Source: Sphagnum compactum
Taxonomy: Eukaryota
Length of the DNA: 64,000 nt
Reading direction: 5' to 3'
NCBI GenBank assembly: GCA_965153455.1
Contig: OZ234494.1
Coordinates: 11,594,001-11,658,000 of the forward strand
The number at the start of each line of letters is the position of its first letter. Position 1 is the first letter of the stretch. The notes under the pieces were generated by a model that saw only the letters and a list, made by a program, of their open reading frames with translations, was not told where the DNA came from and made no database searches. Positions 37,419 to 49,138 of this stretch are shown in pieces. The position numbers and the translations under genes were made by a program.

Positions 37419-39267
37419 TTAGAACATGGGACCAAATGAATTTATTTCTTCTCCATCCATTAGTTTCTCCTCAAGAGGGCAGAGCCAATAAAGTGTGGCA
37501 ATGAATAAAGCAGCTCATTGCTCTGCAGTTTATTTCAACGCCCATTCAGGTTTTGAATGAAATCGCATGTGAGACAATACAATCATCGAGCATGGTTAGG
37601 TAATTTAAATATGAATGAGTAGAAACAACCTAAAGAGTTTATATGCCTAAACATACACTAGTGCAAACATTTGGTATTTGAAATTTATTGAAATCCTCAT
37701 TTATTTTTCATTTTTCCTCATGATACTTGGCAAGTATTCTCATGACATTTACCTACCAGGTATCACATGCAAAATAAAATAAAACAAAATTATGCCGGTG
37801 CGTTAAGTATGCCAATGACCTCTAAGGATGACATTTTTGAGATAAGCGTCCATCAGCTTCACCCTTGGTGGCCACTTATTTCGAGACCATCCCACTTTGA
37901 GGGCATTGCTCTACACTTAAAACCACCTTGGACAAATTTCTTCAAATCCCTTCCTACACCTCCTGGTGAATTTAGTTAAGTTCATGATAACCTTAAGTCT
38001 CATGCTTTACAATGAGTAAAGCCTGGACGGCATTCCCAAAATGCAAGGCCAAACTCAGCTAGAGTAGAGCAGCCCATCACTGACCATTAGCCTATCACTG
38101 ATCACTTTGGCAAATCTTTCTCACTTTTTCTCCATTTTGAGTGATTAAAAATGTCATAGGAGCACCTTCTCAAGCTCTACAAAGCATCTTTGAAATACAA
38201 AGCCAAAGGAGCAGCCAAAAAAGATCAGTAAAGAAAATACGTTTTTTCTAATTACAAAACGCATTTTTTTTTTCATTTTGACCCCTCCAGCTTCATCAGC
38301 GCATAACTTTCTCATTTTTTTTTTCAAATTGAGTGATTTAAACTGTTTTGAAATCTCCATCTTAAGCTCTACAACTCATCTTCTTAACTCTAAAGGCAAC
38401 AAGGTAATCTTTGAGGATTTTGGGAGGGGATTGAAAATAGGCTATGAGCTGTTCGGTCAAAGATTTTCTGTAAAAATGACCCCCCTACTTCAGGGGACTG
38501 CAACCTTCTCACCTCCAATTCATTTTTGCCGATTTTTAGTGTGATAGATGTGCCAAAAGGATGCTCCATCTACTCTTTGAACACCATAAACAATGTAGCC
38601 CTCCTGCAAAAACAGCGAGCAAACCCTTGGGCTGTTCTACCCTACCAACTTGTCTTAGGTCCCTTCCGTTAGAAATGTTGTCACCCCAGGACTTTACACT
38701 ACTCAATGTTTGAAATTCCCTATGGATCAATGAGAGAATAAAGATGAGTAAAGTACAAATACAGCTGAGTAAAATATAGATTTATGGTAAACTCTGTACT
38801 CAACCTTAGGATCACACAAGTTTCTTCAAACTTTTATGATTCACCTGTCAGTGCTGACTTATTTCTAAATAAGAGATGAAAACATCCCACATGCAAATGT
38901 TACCTTTCCTAATAATGCATGCACAAGCACATGCATAAATATTTAATCTTAACTCAAATAATTTACAGTTAAAAAAATGTTAAGTGCATGAACCTGAAAT
39001 ATCTAGAATAAAAATAACTTGATAAAAGTAACTTACTTACAAGATGTTGACATTCAACACAATGGCTAGGAGCACAATAAAGAGAAGAACAGGCAAATCA
39101 TCACTTCCATTAGCCAAGATTGACATTCTATTTGTTTTACTAAATACCAAATTCTCCAAGAAAACAAATGAAAAGCAACATCAAATTTTTTCTTGTTTTG
39201 AAAAAGAGAGTTTTAGGGGCGTGTGGGAAGGAGATACTAACTAATCCGGTCAATTGGGCACCCACCA

Positions 39268-39346
39268 CATACCTGGGAATTCGAACCCACAACCTCTGGG
39301 GTCCTGAGGGGCTTCCCTTGCTCCTTCCTTTTGGCTCTGGAAACCC
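39268..39346 (-). other. tRNA-derived (SINE head-like) relic
   Basis: The minus strand has an A-box-like GAGCCAAAAGG and, about 40 nt later, a T-arm/B-box GTGGGTTCGAATTCCC. No convincing acceptor stem or anticodon arm. Confidence 0.45.
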
Positions 39347-39365
39347 TAAAATCACCAAACCCTAA
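39341..39365 (+). promoter_or_regulatory. Two telo-boxes (AAACCCTAA) upstream of the NOSIP-like gene
   Basis: AAACCCTAA occurs at 39341 and 39357, with further telo-like motifs near 39751, 39875 and 40016. Function is inferred. Confidence 0.4.
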
Positions 39366-40490
39366 TTCTGTCTACCGTGTTGGCTTCTGCTTTGCTCTCG
39401 TTTTCCCGTTGTTTGTTGTTGTGTCTCTTGTGCGTTTTTGGTGTGGCGGGATTCGTTGCGAGTGTCTTGTTTGTGTTTCATAATTATGCCTGATTGCTTC
39501 CTGCTGAAGTATTTTTCTTTGAGGTGGTTTGAAGATTTACGCAGCAAAATCTGGGTTGTTTTTGGAAGTGGTTTTTGCGTCTCTGGTTGGGAGTTTGGTG
39601 GTGGGGGTGGGGGAGAGAGATAGAGGAGAGACAGAGGAGCGTTTTAGGGGATTTTCAGTCATCTGTGGTGGTGGAGGAGGAAAGGGAGGAGCGCAGGAGA
39701 GAAAGCGGTGCAGACGGCAGAAGGCGCAGTTGTCTCATGGTTTTCTGACAAAACCCTAGGTATGATATCTCTCTATCTCATGCTTTTCTGACACTTTTTG
39801 AATTTTACTGCGGATTTTTTCGCGGTTTTGGTTGGTCTATTATGAATTTCGAAGTTCTCGAGCTCTTTTACTTTTTAGGGTTTTTTTTTTTCTTTTGCAA
39901 GGTCCTCGTTTGTTTCTCTCGAATTTGTCCTCCTCTGCCATTTTCCTTTCTACATTTGCAACTATGTGTGTGATACGCCGATGACAAGGGCAGGCACTTT
40001 TCAAGTTGCATCAGTTAATTACAGGAGCATTGTAGTTTAGGGTTAGGGTTCTCACTGTCTAGGTTTATTATCACAGACTACTTCCCTTACGCCTTGGGAT
40101 TTGGACAAACAGAGACTAGAATCATAGAACAGTTCTGTGAAGAATTGCAATGAGGCTCTGCTGCTGAAGTCCATGAATTCCTAAAGAATGATGCTGCTGC
40201 CACTCTTGAAAGTTAAATTCTCAAATTAAACTTGCAGGCTGCAGCAGAGCTAGCCTGAAAACTTGAAATTCTATATGCATATGAACTGATAGCCCTTCAC
40301 TGATCAGCTTTCAATGTCGGTCAATCAGATGTTGCACACTGATAGTTAACCTCTGTTGTCATCGAGGATAGGTTTTTACTTTGATATTGCACTTTGCATA
40401 TATGTTTCTGTGCCCTGGGAGGTTTTTTGAAACATTGATGGTGGGCAAGGTGGGACTGGTATTGAAAGATAACAGCAAGACAAGTGAAGG

Positions 40491-41655
40491 ATGCCGCAGC
40501 GCCATTCGAAAAACAACAATGATCTTGCATTCTTCACATATGATGAGAGAAAGAAGTTAGGGTATGGGACACAAAAGGAGCGGCTTGGGAAGGACTCCAT
40601 CAAGCCATTTGATTTCTGTTGCATATGCTTGCAACCTGTCATTGATCCTCTCTGCTGCCTCAAAGGACATCTCTTCTGTAAAGAATGTATCTTTGAGTGC
40701 CTGCTGGCCCAGAAGAAAGACATCAAGAGGTTAGACTGATGTTTGCCTCTGTCCTTCTATCAGTGTACATTCCTATTGGTGGCAGATTTATGCAAGGAGT
40801 ATTTGCATTGTCATAGTCCTATCAGTATTTTACAGCTGAACCTTTATAGTTTGTACATGATCTTGCTCTTGACATGTGCTGTAGGGTTTCAGATGTTTTG
40901 TTCCTTCATTCAGAGACATATTCAATCAGATGACAGAGCTTAGGGAAGTTTTTTCTACTGGAACTTGTGTAAGCAGGAAAGTGGCAGCCTTTAATCTACA
41001 GCAAAAGCAAGATCAAGAGGAGGAATTGGAAAAAAGGACACTGGAGAGGGAGAGACAGCTTGATGCATTTGATCATCAAAATAGCAGTGCTGTACCACAT
41101 CAACAAGGAACGCAGCTTGCAGATGGTCGTCATGCTTTTCATGGAGCTAACAGTGTCCGGGTAACTGCTTATGAGGAAGAAGCTTTACGGACAATGAAGG
41201 CATTTTGGCTCCCATCTGCTACCCCTGAAGCTCAAGAAAGAGTTCCGGCTCCTTCAATGGACACTTGTTGTCCTCAAGGTAATGAGAAATTGAGGCTCAA
41301 GGATCTGTTTCCAATCACCTTCACAGATGTTCCTCACCAAGAGAAGAAGGAAATCAATATGCATGCAGTGAAGTATCTTTGTCCTTCCTGTTCTGTGACC
41401 TTCACAAACACGCAGACATTGGTTGCTGTCAGCTCATGTGGGCATGTTTTTTGCAAGAAATGTGCGGATCAGTTTGTGGCACAGGATAAGAGCTGCTTAG
41501 CCTGCAACAAAGTCTGCAAATCAAAAAATCTAGTAGTGTTGGAGAAAGGGGGAACTGGATTTTCTGGACATGATGAGAACCTGGAAGCTACCACTTTTAA
41601 ACATGTTGGTAGTGGGACTGGAATGGGCCTTTCCCGGCCCACAACACAGTTGTAG
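40491..41655 (+). CDS. NOSIP: Nitric oxide synthase-interacting protein homolog (NOSIP/CSU1-like RING/U-box E3 ligase), 305 aa, 2 coding exons
   Basis: Exons 40491-40729 and 40977-41655 (GT-AG, phase 2). The N-terminus MPQRHSKNN...FFTYDE...GYGTQKERLGKDSIKPFDFCCICLQP is followed by AFWLPSATP, a C-terminal RING (CPSC...CGHVFCKKC...CLAC) and GGTGF. A 5'-UTR intron probably starts at 39760. Confidence 0.95.
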
Positions 41656-42328
41656 TTGTTAATCAATTTAAGGAATCATATTTCTAGCTAGTTCTGGTGT
41701 TCTTTACACATTTAATGTGTCAAAAAGAATTCAAGCATTCCCAAACTCTGTTGTCCTTATGCAAACAAGAAAGTTAGGTCTTAGAAGTGTATGTGCTAAA
41801 TTGAGTTGGAGAAATTTTTGTTTCTTCCATTCATGAATGCCATTGTTCAGTTTGTAGCAGATTGTTGTTGAAGTTTCCAATCAGTGTCCATGGGGTAAGC
41901 CTTTGCACATGCTCATATTATGAAATACGTACATTGTCATGACAAATGGCTGACAAATTCTGACATTACTCAGCTGGTATAAATACATTCCTCAAATCCT
42001 TGTGACAAATTGTACACAGCCAAATTACCACCAAATGGTGGCAAGTTGCCTTTGCTCAAATACCACTGCTGATTCCCACAAACAAGCACCACAATCCTGG
42101 TTTGAAGGTTTTCAGTGATTATCATCATTGCGAAACCATCAGCACCTTGTGACCATTTTGGTCTGAATCAAAAACTAGGCTCCTCTAGAAAAAAGTCACT
42201 AACAAGAACAGTAACAACAAACCCCATTCTACAAATCTCATTCTACACAAATTTGAGAAATCCAAAATCATGGACCCTTTGTTTGTTGGGGGTCCAAATC
42301 TAGGGGCAAAAGCCTCATCTAAAGCTTG

Positions 42329-45300
42329 TCAATCATGCCAGCCAATCTCATTGATTGTTGATGAAGTCAATGAAGAGGACAACAATGATTTACTCACTTT
42401 TCTTGACATGTTCTGATTGTCGATTTCTCCCATATCCTTTATAAACGCTTCAGCCAACATAAAATTGAGCTCAGCAAAGCGCCGTTTTTTCTTGATTTGC
42501 TCCTCAGAGCTTTCTTTCTCCGACAGATCCAACACTTCTTCATCAGTGACATATGTGTCTACGACCCTTGCACAGTTGGGAAAGATCCTCTGTGCGCACT
42601 CAACTGCAAAACAATTATTGACCACAGCAATTAGTGTAAAAGTGGGGATCACAGATCTGAAAACCCACCCCGACGACTCCTACCCATCTGTATATACATG
42701 ATCTACAAGTCTCATCAAGGAAGTGGGTCAGTATGAGAGTGCAGTGTAAGTAAAAGGAACCAACTGCTCACCTGTTGTGCGAAGTGCAACTATTCTTTGC
42801 AACAGTGCTTCATTCATGGCTGTCATCTTCACCTCAACCCCATGACTGTTGAACAAAGGTCCACCAGCTTGTATCATGGCTGGTGTTTCTCTCGAATCCA
42901 CCACCTGCTTCAATTGTCTCCTGCCACTCTTCACCCTTGTTGAAGTCACAGATGAACCATTGTCAACGCCTGTGAACTGAGGGGTGGAATCCAAGTGTGT
43001 GATGCTCAAAAGAATCTTTGACTGTTGTGGGAACAGCAATCGCCCGAACGAAACTGCAACACATCACCATCTGATCAGGCAATGACATTTGCAAGGAACT
43101 TCATATTGGCACAATCTGCATAGACAGAATCCTGGACTAAATTCGGAATGTTCAAATTTGCAAACCGGCAGCTGAAATGCATAGACCAACTTTTGTATGG
43201 AAGTGGAATTGGCTAAGCTACTGAAGGTTTCTCCACAGGCTTACCTCGGTTTTCCAAATAGGGAAGAGATTCCTGAAGCTCTTTTTCCTGCCAGAGGGGC
43301 ACACTTAACACATCTGCAGTTGGCTTTGAGAAGGTCCATGTGTTTCTTTCTGCTTGCTCTGCTTGCTCCAGTATGTCAATACAGAGATGATCTTTCTGGT
43401 ACTCATCATCAACATCCTGGGCCTCAGTTTTCTTTCCCAACCGCCTACAAATCTGAAGGGCAGTGCGTCCATCCGGGGTAACGTCCTGCAAGTTTGCGCC
43501 TCTCGCCAGCAGTGCCCCAATCATTTGAGGTTCCCTTCTCAAAGCTGCAACATGCAGCACTGTGAAACCTCTTTCGTTCCGCAAATTTGTGTCTGCATCA
43601 AAACCAAAGCCACACAGTAAGTGAACACTGTTCTGCTTGAATAACAAAGAACCTGGAAAAATTGTGCAATGAAAAAATGAGCCAGCCACGTCACCCAAAT
43701 CACCTGCAATCTCCAGTTCCAGCAGGTCTACCATGATCTTTGGATCACAATACATAGCTGCATAGTGAAGTCCATAAGTAAAATTTAATGTAGTCCTCTC
43801 CTCCTTCAACAGCATCTGTACAAGTTCCACATCATCCAGATCCAGTGCCCTGTTCCCCCACACAAACAAGTCTCATCCATTATTCCCTCACCCCACCTGA
43901 GCATCCAAGACTGACTTTCACCGGCAAGTAATTTTTCAAAAACTTGCAAAACTACTGGAAGGACAAAGAACAGCAGCACTAAAGAGGACAGATTTCAGGT
44001 TCTGACAAGTGTGAAGAATCCTTGAACCAACCAAGATCTCAACCCAAGATGAGATATGAGATGCAAGCATTGCCTGTATATTTGCTTGCATTGCTTTGCT
44101 TGTGGAGAATCCATATCCAACTCTGGTACACCAAGCCTGCGACGCAGATCCACCACTTCCTCCATCGCTGATTTGGAAAGCTCCTTCTTGAGAGTGAAAA
44201 TACTGAGCTCAGAATGTGCAATCACTTGTAAGCACATGGAACGAAGGTGCGAAGCACCGTGAGCATCCGCAACTGCTAAGATGAGCAAGATGTCATCCAC
44301 TTGAGCATGGTGCACCATGTTCATCAAGTGTTGCTGCATCACAACATCAAACAACAGTTTAACACTCAGTTTAGGCAAAACAGAATGTTGTGTGGGAAAC
44401 TGGTGGGTGCACAAACTGGTGTGCCTCTCCCACATCAAAAGTCCACAGTACATGTTTTGACAAAACACAAATAGCCACTGCTGCAACCATGGCATTGATG
44501 AACAAAAGACATTTCATTCTTTCGGAATGTTTCTTCCTTGAAACCCTTCTCTGTGCCCTAAACCCCCTGAAAACTCAAACACACCATTAGAAAACTTCCA
44601 GGAGATGAAATTCTTTCTCCTCAGAAAAACTTCAGAGTATAAGCCCAAAAAGGAAACGAAAAAGAGGAAGAAGAAACTCTTGCCCAGTGATGAAATTCTC
44701 TCAGGAGAACAGGAAGAGCAATGAAAGAAATTGGCAGCGATGAGATTCCCTGAGAGAAAATCTTTCAAGTATCAGCAAAACAAAGACGAGGAATCAGGAA
44801 ATCAACTCAGCAAAAGAATTCTCCTGCCAGTGCGACAATTTCTCTCACAAGAAGAGGAAGAAGAAGACAAGCTCTACACCCCAGTGATAAAATTCTCTCA
44901 GAAAAAACCTTCCATCCATCCACACAACAACAACAACAACAACGAGGAAGAAGAAGACAAGATGATGATCTCCCTCCCCAGTGATGAAATTCTCTCAGGA
45001 AAAAACAAAACAAAACAAAATTGCCGAAGAAAATGCTTGGGGGTGGGTGGTGGTGTACCTGAGCAGCGGCCTTCAACTCCGAGATTTCGAGAATGGAAGA
45101 TGCGCGGAGAATCTCGAGAACGAATTCGATGGCAGGTTGGCAAGTGATGTGGGGACAAGAAGGATCCAAACAGGAAACACTGCTGCTGCAGACAACGGGA
45201 TTCATTCCTCCACTCCCGTACACGTACCCCATCACTGCCATGAAAGCTTCGTAGCCTACCTTCTCGCCCTTGTCGTTGTTCTTCATCAGCGTCTCCAGTT

Positions 45301-45655
45301 TTACCTCCACCGCTTTGGTCGCATCCTCCTCCCTCCTCTCCTCCTTGTTCTTGTTGTTGTTCTCAGCAGCAGCTGCAAACAATCTCCGGAAGTATGGACA
45401 GCGGACTGCCAAGATGCATCTGTGCGCCGCTACTCTCTTGCCGTCCACGTGAATGATCACATCGCTGAAAGTCTCATCGGCCGGACGATACAACAAGCTT
45501 TCGATGTCGGACACTAGCTTCTCCACTCCTGCTGCTGCTGCTCCTGTGCTGCCTCCGTTACAGCTGCTACACACACTGCTATTGGTGGTCACACCGCTTA
45601 TCACAATGGAATCCTGCGATACCGGCGATGGCGGCGACGCCATGAAACACTCCAT
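42329..45655 (-). CDS. NPR1: NPR-family BTB/POZ-ankyrin protein (NPR1/NPR3-4-like salicylic acid receptor homolog), about 635 aa, 6 exons
   Basis: Predicted exons 45655-45059, 44333-44074, 43849-43704, 43592-43245, 43053-42772 and 42603-42329, phase-consistent (1908 nt); intron 2 is GC-AG. Motifs: HRCILA, CxDxxCxHxxC, RALDLDDVELV, LHYAAMYCDPK, RGFTVLHVAA, LCIDILEQ, YLENRV...RLLFP, FPNC and a KKKRR NLS. The symbol denotes the family, not strict orthology. Confidence 0.93.
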
Positions 45656-48644
45656 TCTTGTTCTCTTCCTCCTCTAGCTACTCCACTTTGTTTCCGCCTC
45701 CAGCTGCTTTCTATCCGCCGAAACTGCTCACAGAAGGAGTCGCTTAAGCTTCTAAACTTCCGTCCTTCAAGCTGCTGCCTGTCAAACACCTCTTGCTTCC
45801 TGGACGATTTTCCAGAAATCTATATTCTCGTCATCATCACTACTCTCTCCCCTTGAGCCAACAGCTTTTGCAAAATACCTGGATCTCCATCTATAAATCG
45901 CGTCAACTTCCAAAACCAAGTCTCGAGCTGGTAACGCCAAAGCTAGAAACCTTCATTCAAGCTTTGTTCAACTACTTTCTTCCTCCTTTTCAAAGCAACT
46001 ACAACACCGTTTGTTGTCATGAATCAGAACAACAAACAACCGCAACTTCCCCGGCTAATGCTCTTCCTCCATCGACTACGGCAAAAACTCTTCTCCTTGG
46101 CGGCGAGCGAGATCTTCTTCGAGACTCCAAAGAGCTTCTCAGTGCAGACGTTTGCACAAAACAACCTGTTTCTTTCCTCTGTTTCATAACTACCACAAAA
46201 CCTTCTTCACCATAATCACCACAACTACAACGTCTGAGTCTTTCGTCTTCCCCAGCGAGCTCGTTCCTTCTCCTCCTATTCCTCTTCCTCTGTCCTTTCT
46301 CTGTGTGCTTGCTTGCTGGCTTGATTGCTTTCAGAAGAGTGCTCTAGCTGGATCGTTTCAAACTGCACATACCCAAGATCGCCATTGCTCTTCCGTGTCT
46401 CTCTGGCATCCGTAGCAGGAGGAGCGCGTAGCATCAAATCTAGAAAACAAGATTCTTTCCGCGAAATCCGCGACCTTTGTCGCGATTCCAACGCTTCACG
46501 ACTCGCACTTTCTTCGTTCAGGGCTTTTGAAAGGAAAAATGTTCGCACTTTCTTCAAATTTTTGGGTTGACTGGGATGGATTTTGAAGGATTTCGAGAAA
46601 TTGGGTGTTTAATTTTTGCACCAAAAAGCACAAATCGGCCGATTTCCATCCAAATTTGGAGTCGGATAAGTCAAGAATCGGGTACAAAAGTGTGCAAATG
46701 TTTTCTCAGAAATTGCTAACTTTTTGTTGCTGCTGCTGGCTCAGTACCCCTGCGACTAAACCCTTGATCTTTAACTCAAGGTTAATCCAAGGTTAACTAT
46801 GATTTAAAATTCAAGGTTAATTTACAGTTGAACTGCTTGAGGAATCCTCCCCACTGGACCTACTTGAGGAATTTGGAAAAAAAAAAAAAAAACCCTTGAT
46901 TGGGAAAGAAAGGTTGTGTTATTTTTTAAAGAAATTGATAAATTATTCATATACTAAACAAGTGTTTGTTTTGTTGGCCTTGCCTTGGTAGGCAAGGATA
47001 TTGCATTTAGATTCATTCTAGAGTATAGTAGCTTAATGGATTATGGCCCCCCCTGAGGTAATAGGTCTATTTTTATATAAGGATTTTTGAAAGATGATTT
47101 TTTTTTGGCTTGTGTTGAAACTTGAGATTAGTTATAGAGTTATAATATATCTTGAAGGATTTTGGTTTCTTTTAGAGGAATTTTTGAAGATTAGATTTTT
47201 TGCATTGTGAAATATTTGAGTTTCCATAATTCTTCTTTTGCCTTCAGATACTTTTTAATGTAAAAGGCAAGGCCACCGTCCTTGTTTGTTGGTTGGTTTT
47301 CTAATGCCAGGGTTCGTTTGCTGGTTTGTTTTGATTTGTAATGCTACCACGATCTCTTTTACTTTTGGGGTGCCTTTCAGTTCAAGACATGCACGATCCC
47401 GCAACTTTTTCCCTTCCCTTTTTTTTTGTTTGGGTTGACCTAAGGCCATGAAGCAGAAGTAGAGGTTTTAGAGGGGAGGGTTGTATTCCTTTTTGGATTT
47501 TTAGGGTTTTTTTTTTCCCTTCTTCTTGGATGTTTATTTGTGTGGAGTGAGGTTTTATCAATAGTCTAGTTATTTATCAATTGTTGAGCTCAGTAGTGCA
47601 TAAGATATTATCACATGATATTATCACATTGGGGACGTGATTTGGAATTTGTTTTAAAGAAGCTGAGTGTTTGTTTGTTTGCTTGTCACGGGTGCATTTG
47701 GTTGACAACTCTTGAGTGTCCCATTTCTTTCTTTCTTTCTTTAATTTGTTCCATCACCAACCACCCCCAACATCAAGTAAACGACAAAAACAGCAGTTGG
47801 AGGCTTGGAATTACAGACACAACAAGGGTGATACAAGTTTGAAATTGACCTAATTTTGGGGGTTGGGGTGGGGGCCTGTAGTGAGAAGAAAGCCAAGAAC
47901 ATGTGCACATTTGTAGCCGCCACCACCAACAACATGTGGCTAGTGGTAACACCAAATTCTTTGGGCTCTTGCAAGATGATGATAAGAAGAAACTTCATAC
48001 AAGGTTCTTCATTGGATTGAAGAAAGCTTTCTTTTATAATCCTATATGTGGTAGTAGGTTTGTGGTAGTATATGGAACTTTCTTCTGCATTTTCTGTAAC
48101 AAGAAGAAAGATCTTCAGAAAGTTCTCAAGAAATTGTTCAAAGAACTCAACCACTCTCAATGGTGACACCTTCGGAACAGTGTTTTGTTTATTTTGGCAT
48201 GAAAAACATGATTTCAACCGACCTATACAAATGATTTTTCATGGAAAAAATTGGCACCAAAAAATTCCACAAATTTCCAAGGAAAAGAATTCCAGATTGC
48301 CAGATTTTAATGATAAGTTCCGCTATTAGGTTGCCAAGAATATAGAAGGATTCTGTGATTTTCTACATTCGTATCTAGTATGTAGCCAAATCTGGCTAAC
48401 TCATCGAATGATGATCGTCACTTCAGCTACATCAAAAAATTGAAAAAAAAAAAAACCCTGCTTCAGAAGTTATTTAGTTGAATAAAGGCTAATGTTGTTT
48501 GTTTGTTGCACAGGTCTTAAGTCTTAACAAAAATGTTAAACAAATTAATGTATAAATTTCACAGTATTGATGTGGGGTTTTACCAAGTCTTCTCCATTGT
48601 ACATGGATTTTGATGTTCCCACTGTGCTCCCAGCATGTTGCCAC

Positions 48645-49138
48645 CAGTGTTGGCCGGATATCTTGAAAATTCGGGTATCACTTAGGATATCACTTATAAA
48701 ACTCTTTGGATATAAAAAAATTATGATATCTGAGATGATATCCTTATCTTCAGATTTCATAATCTTGAGATCCGATCATATAATATTCAGACAGGGTAAA
48801 ATAATTTGAAATTTTGATATCCAAATAGGATATCAGATCCTTACCCGCATACGGATATGGAGGGGCATTTAAGTTTAGGATGTAGGCTATAGGCCGTTAA
48901 AAGGGGGAAAAAAGGTTGGCGCCACCCCTAAACCTACTTCTCATCTTGATTTCATTATTCAAAATGCTACGATATCTAATGGATATTAAAGATGACGAAT
49001 ATCCACCCATATTGAAATCTGACATTTGATTAATTTATTTTTTAATATCTTTACAAGATATTACAAGTGATTTTTAAAAGAAATTAATAATAATCAAAAT
49101 TGATGGATATTGAAAAAACTGATATCCGCCCAACACTG
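48645..49138. mobile_element. hAT-type MITE, 494 bp
   Basis: 18-bp TIRs CAGTGTTGG(C/G)CGGATATC with one mismatch and a perfect 8-bp TSD GTTGCCAC (48637-48644, 49139-49146). The interior is rich in GATATC-like motifs. Confidence 0.93.

Noticed and set aside
40491-45655. A nitric-oxide link between NOSIP and NPR1 S-nitrosylation
   Set aside because: The link rests on the gene name only. Land plants lack a canonical NOS, and the Cys156-equivalent appears to be absent in this NPR.
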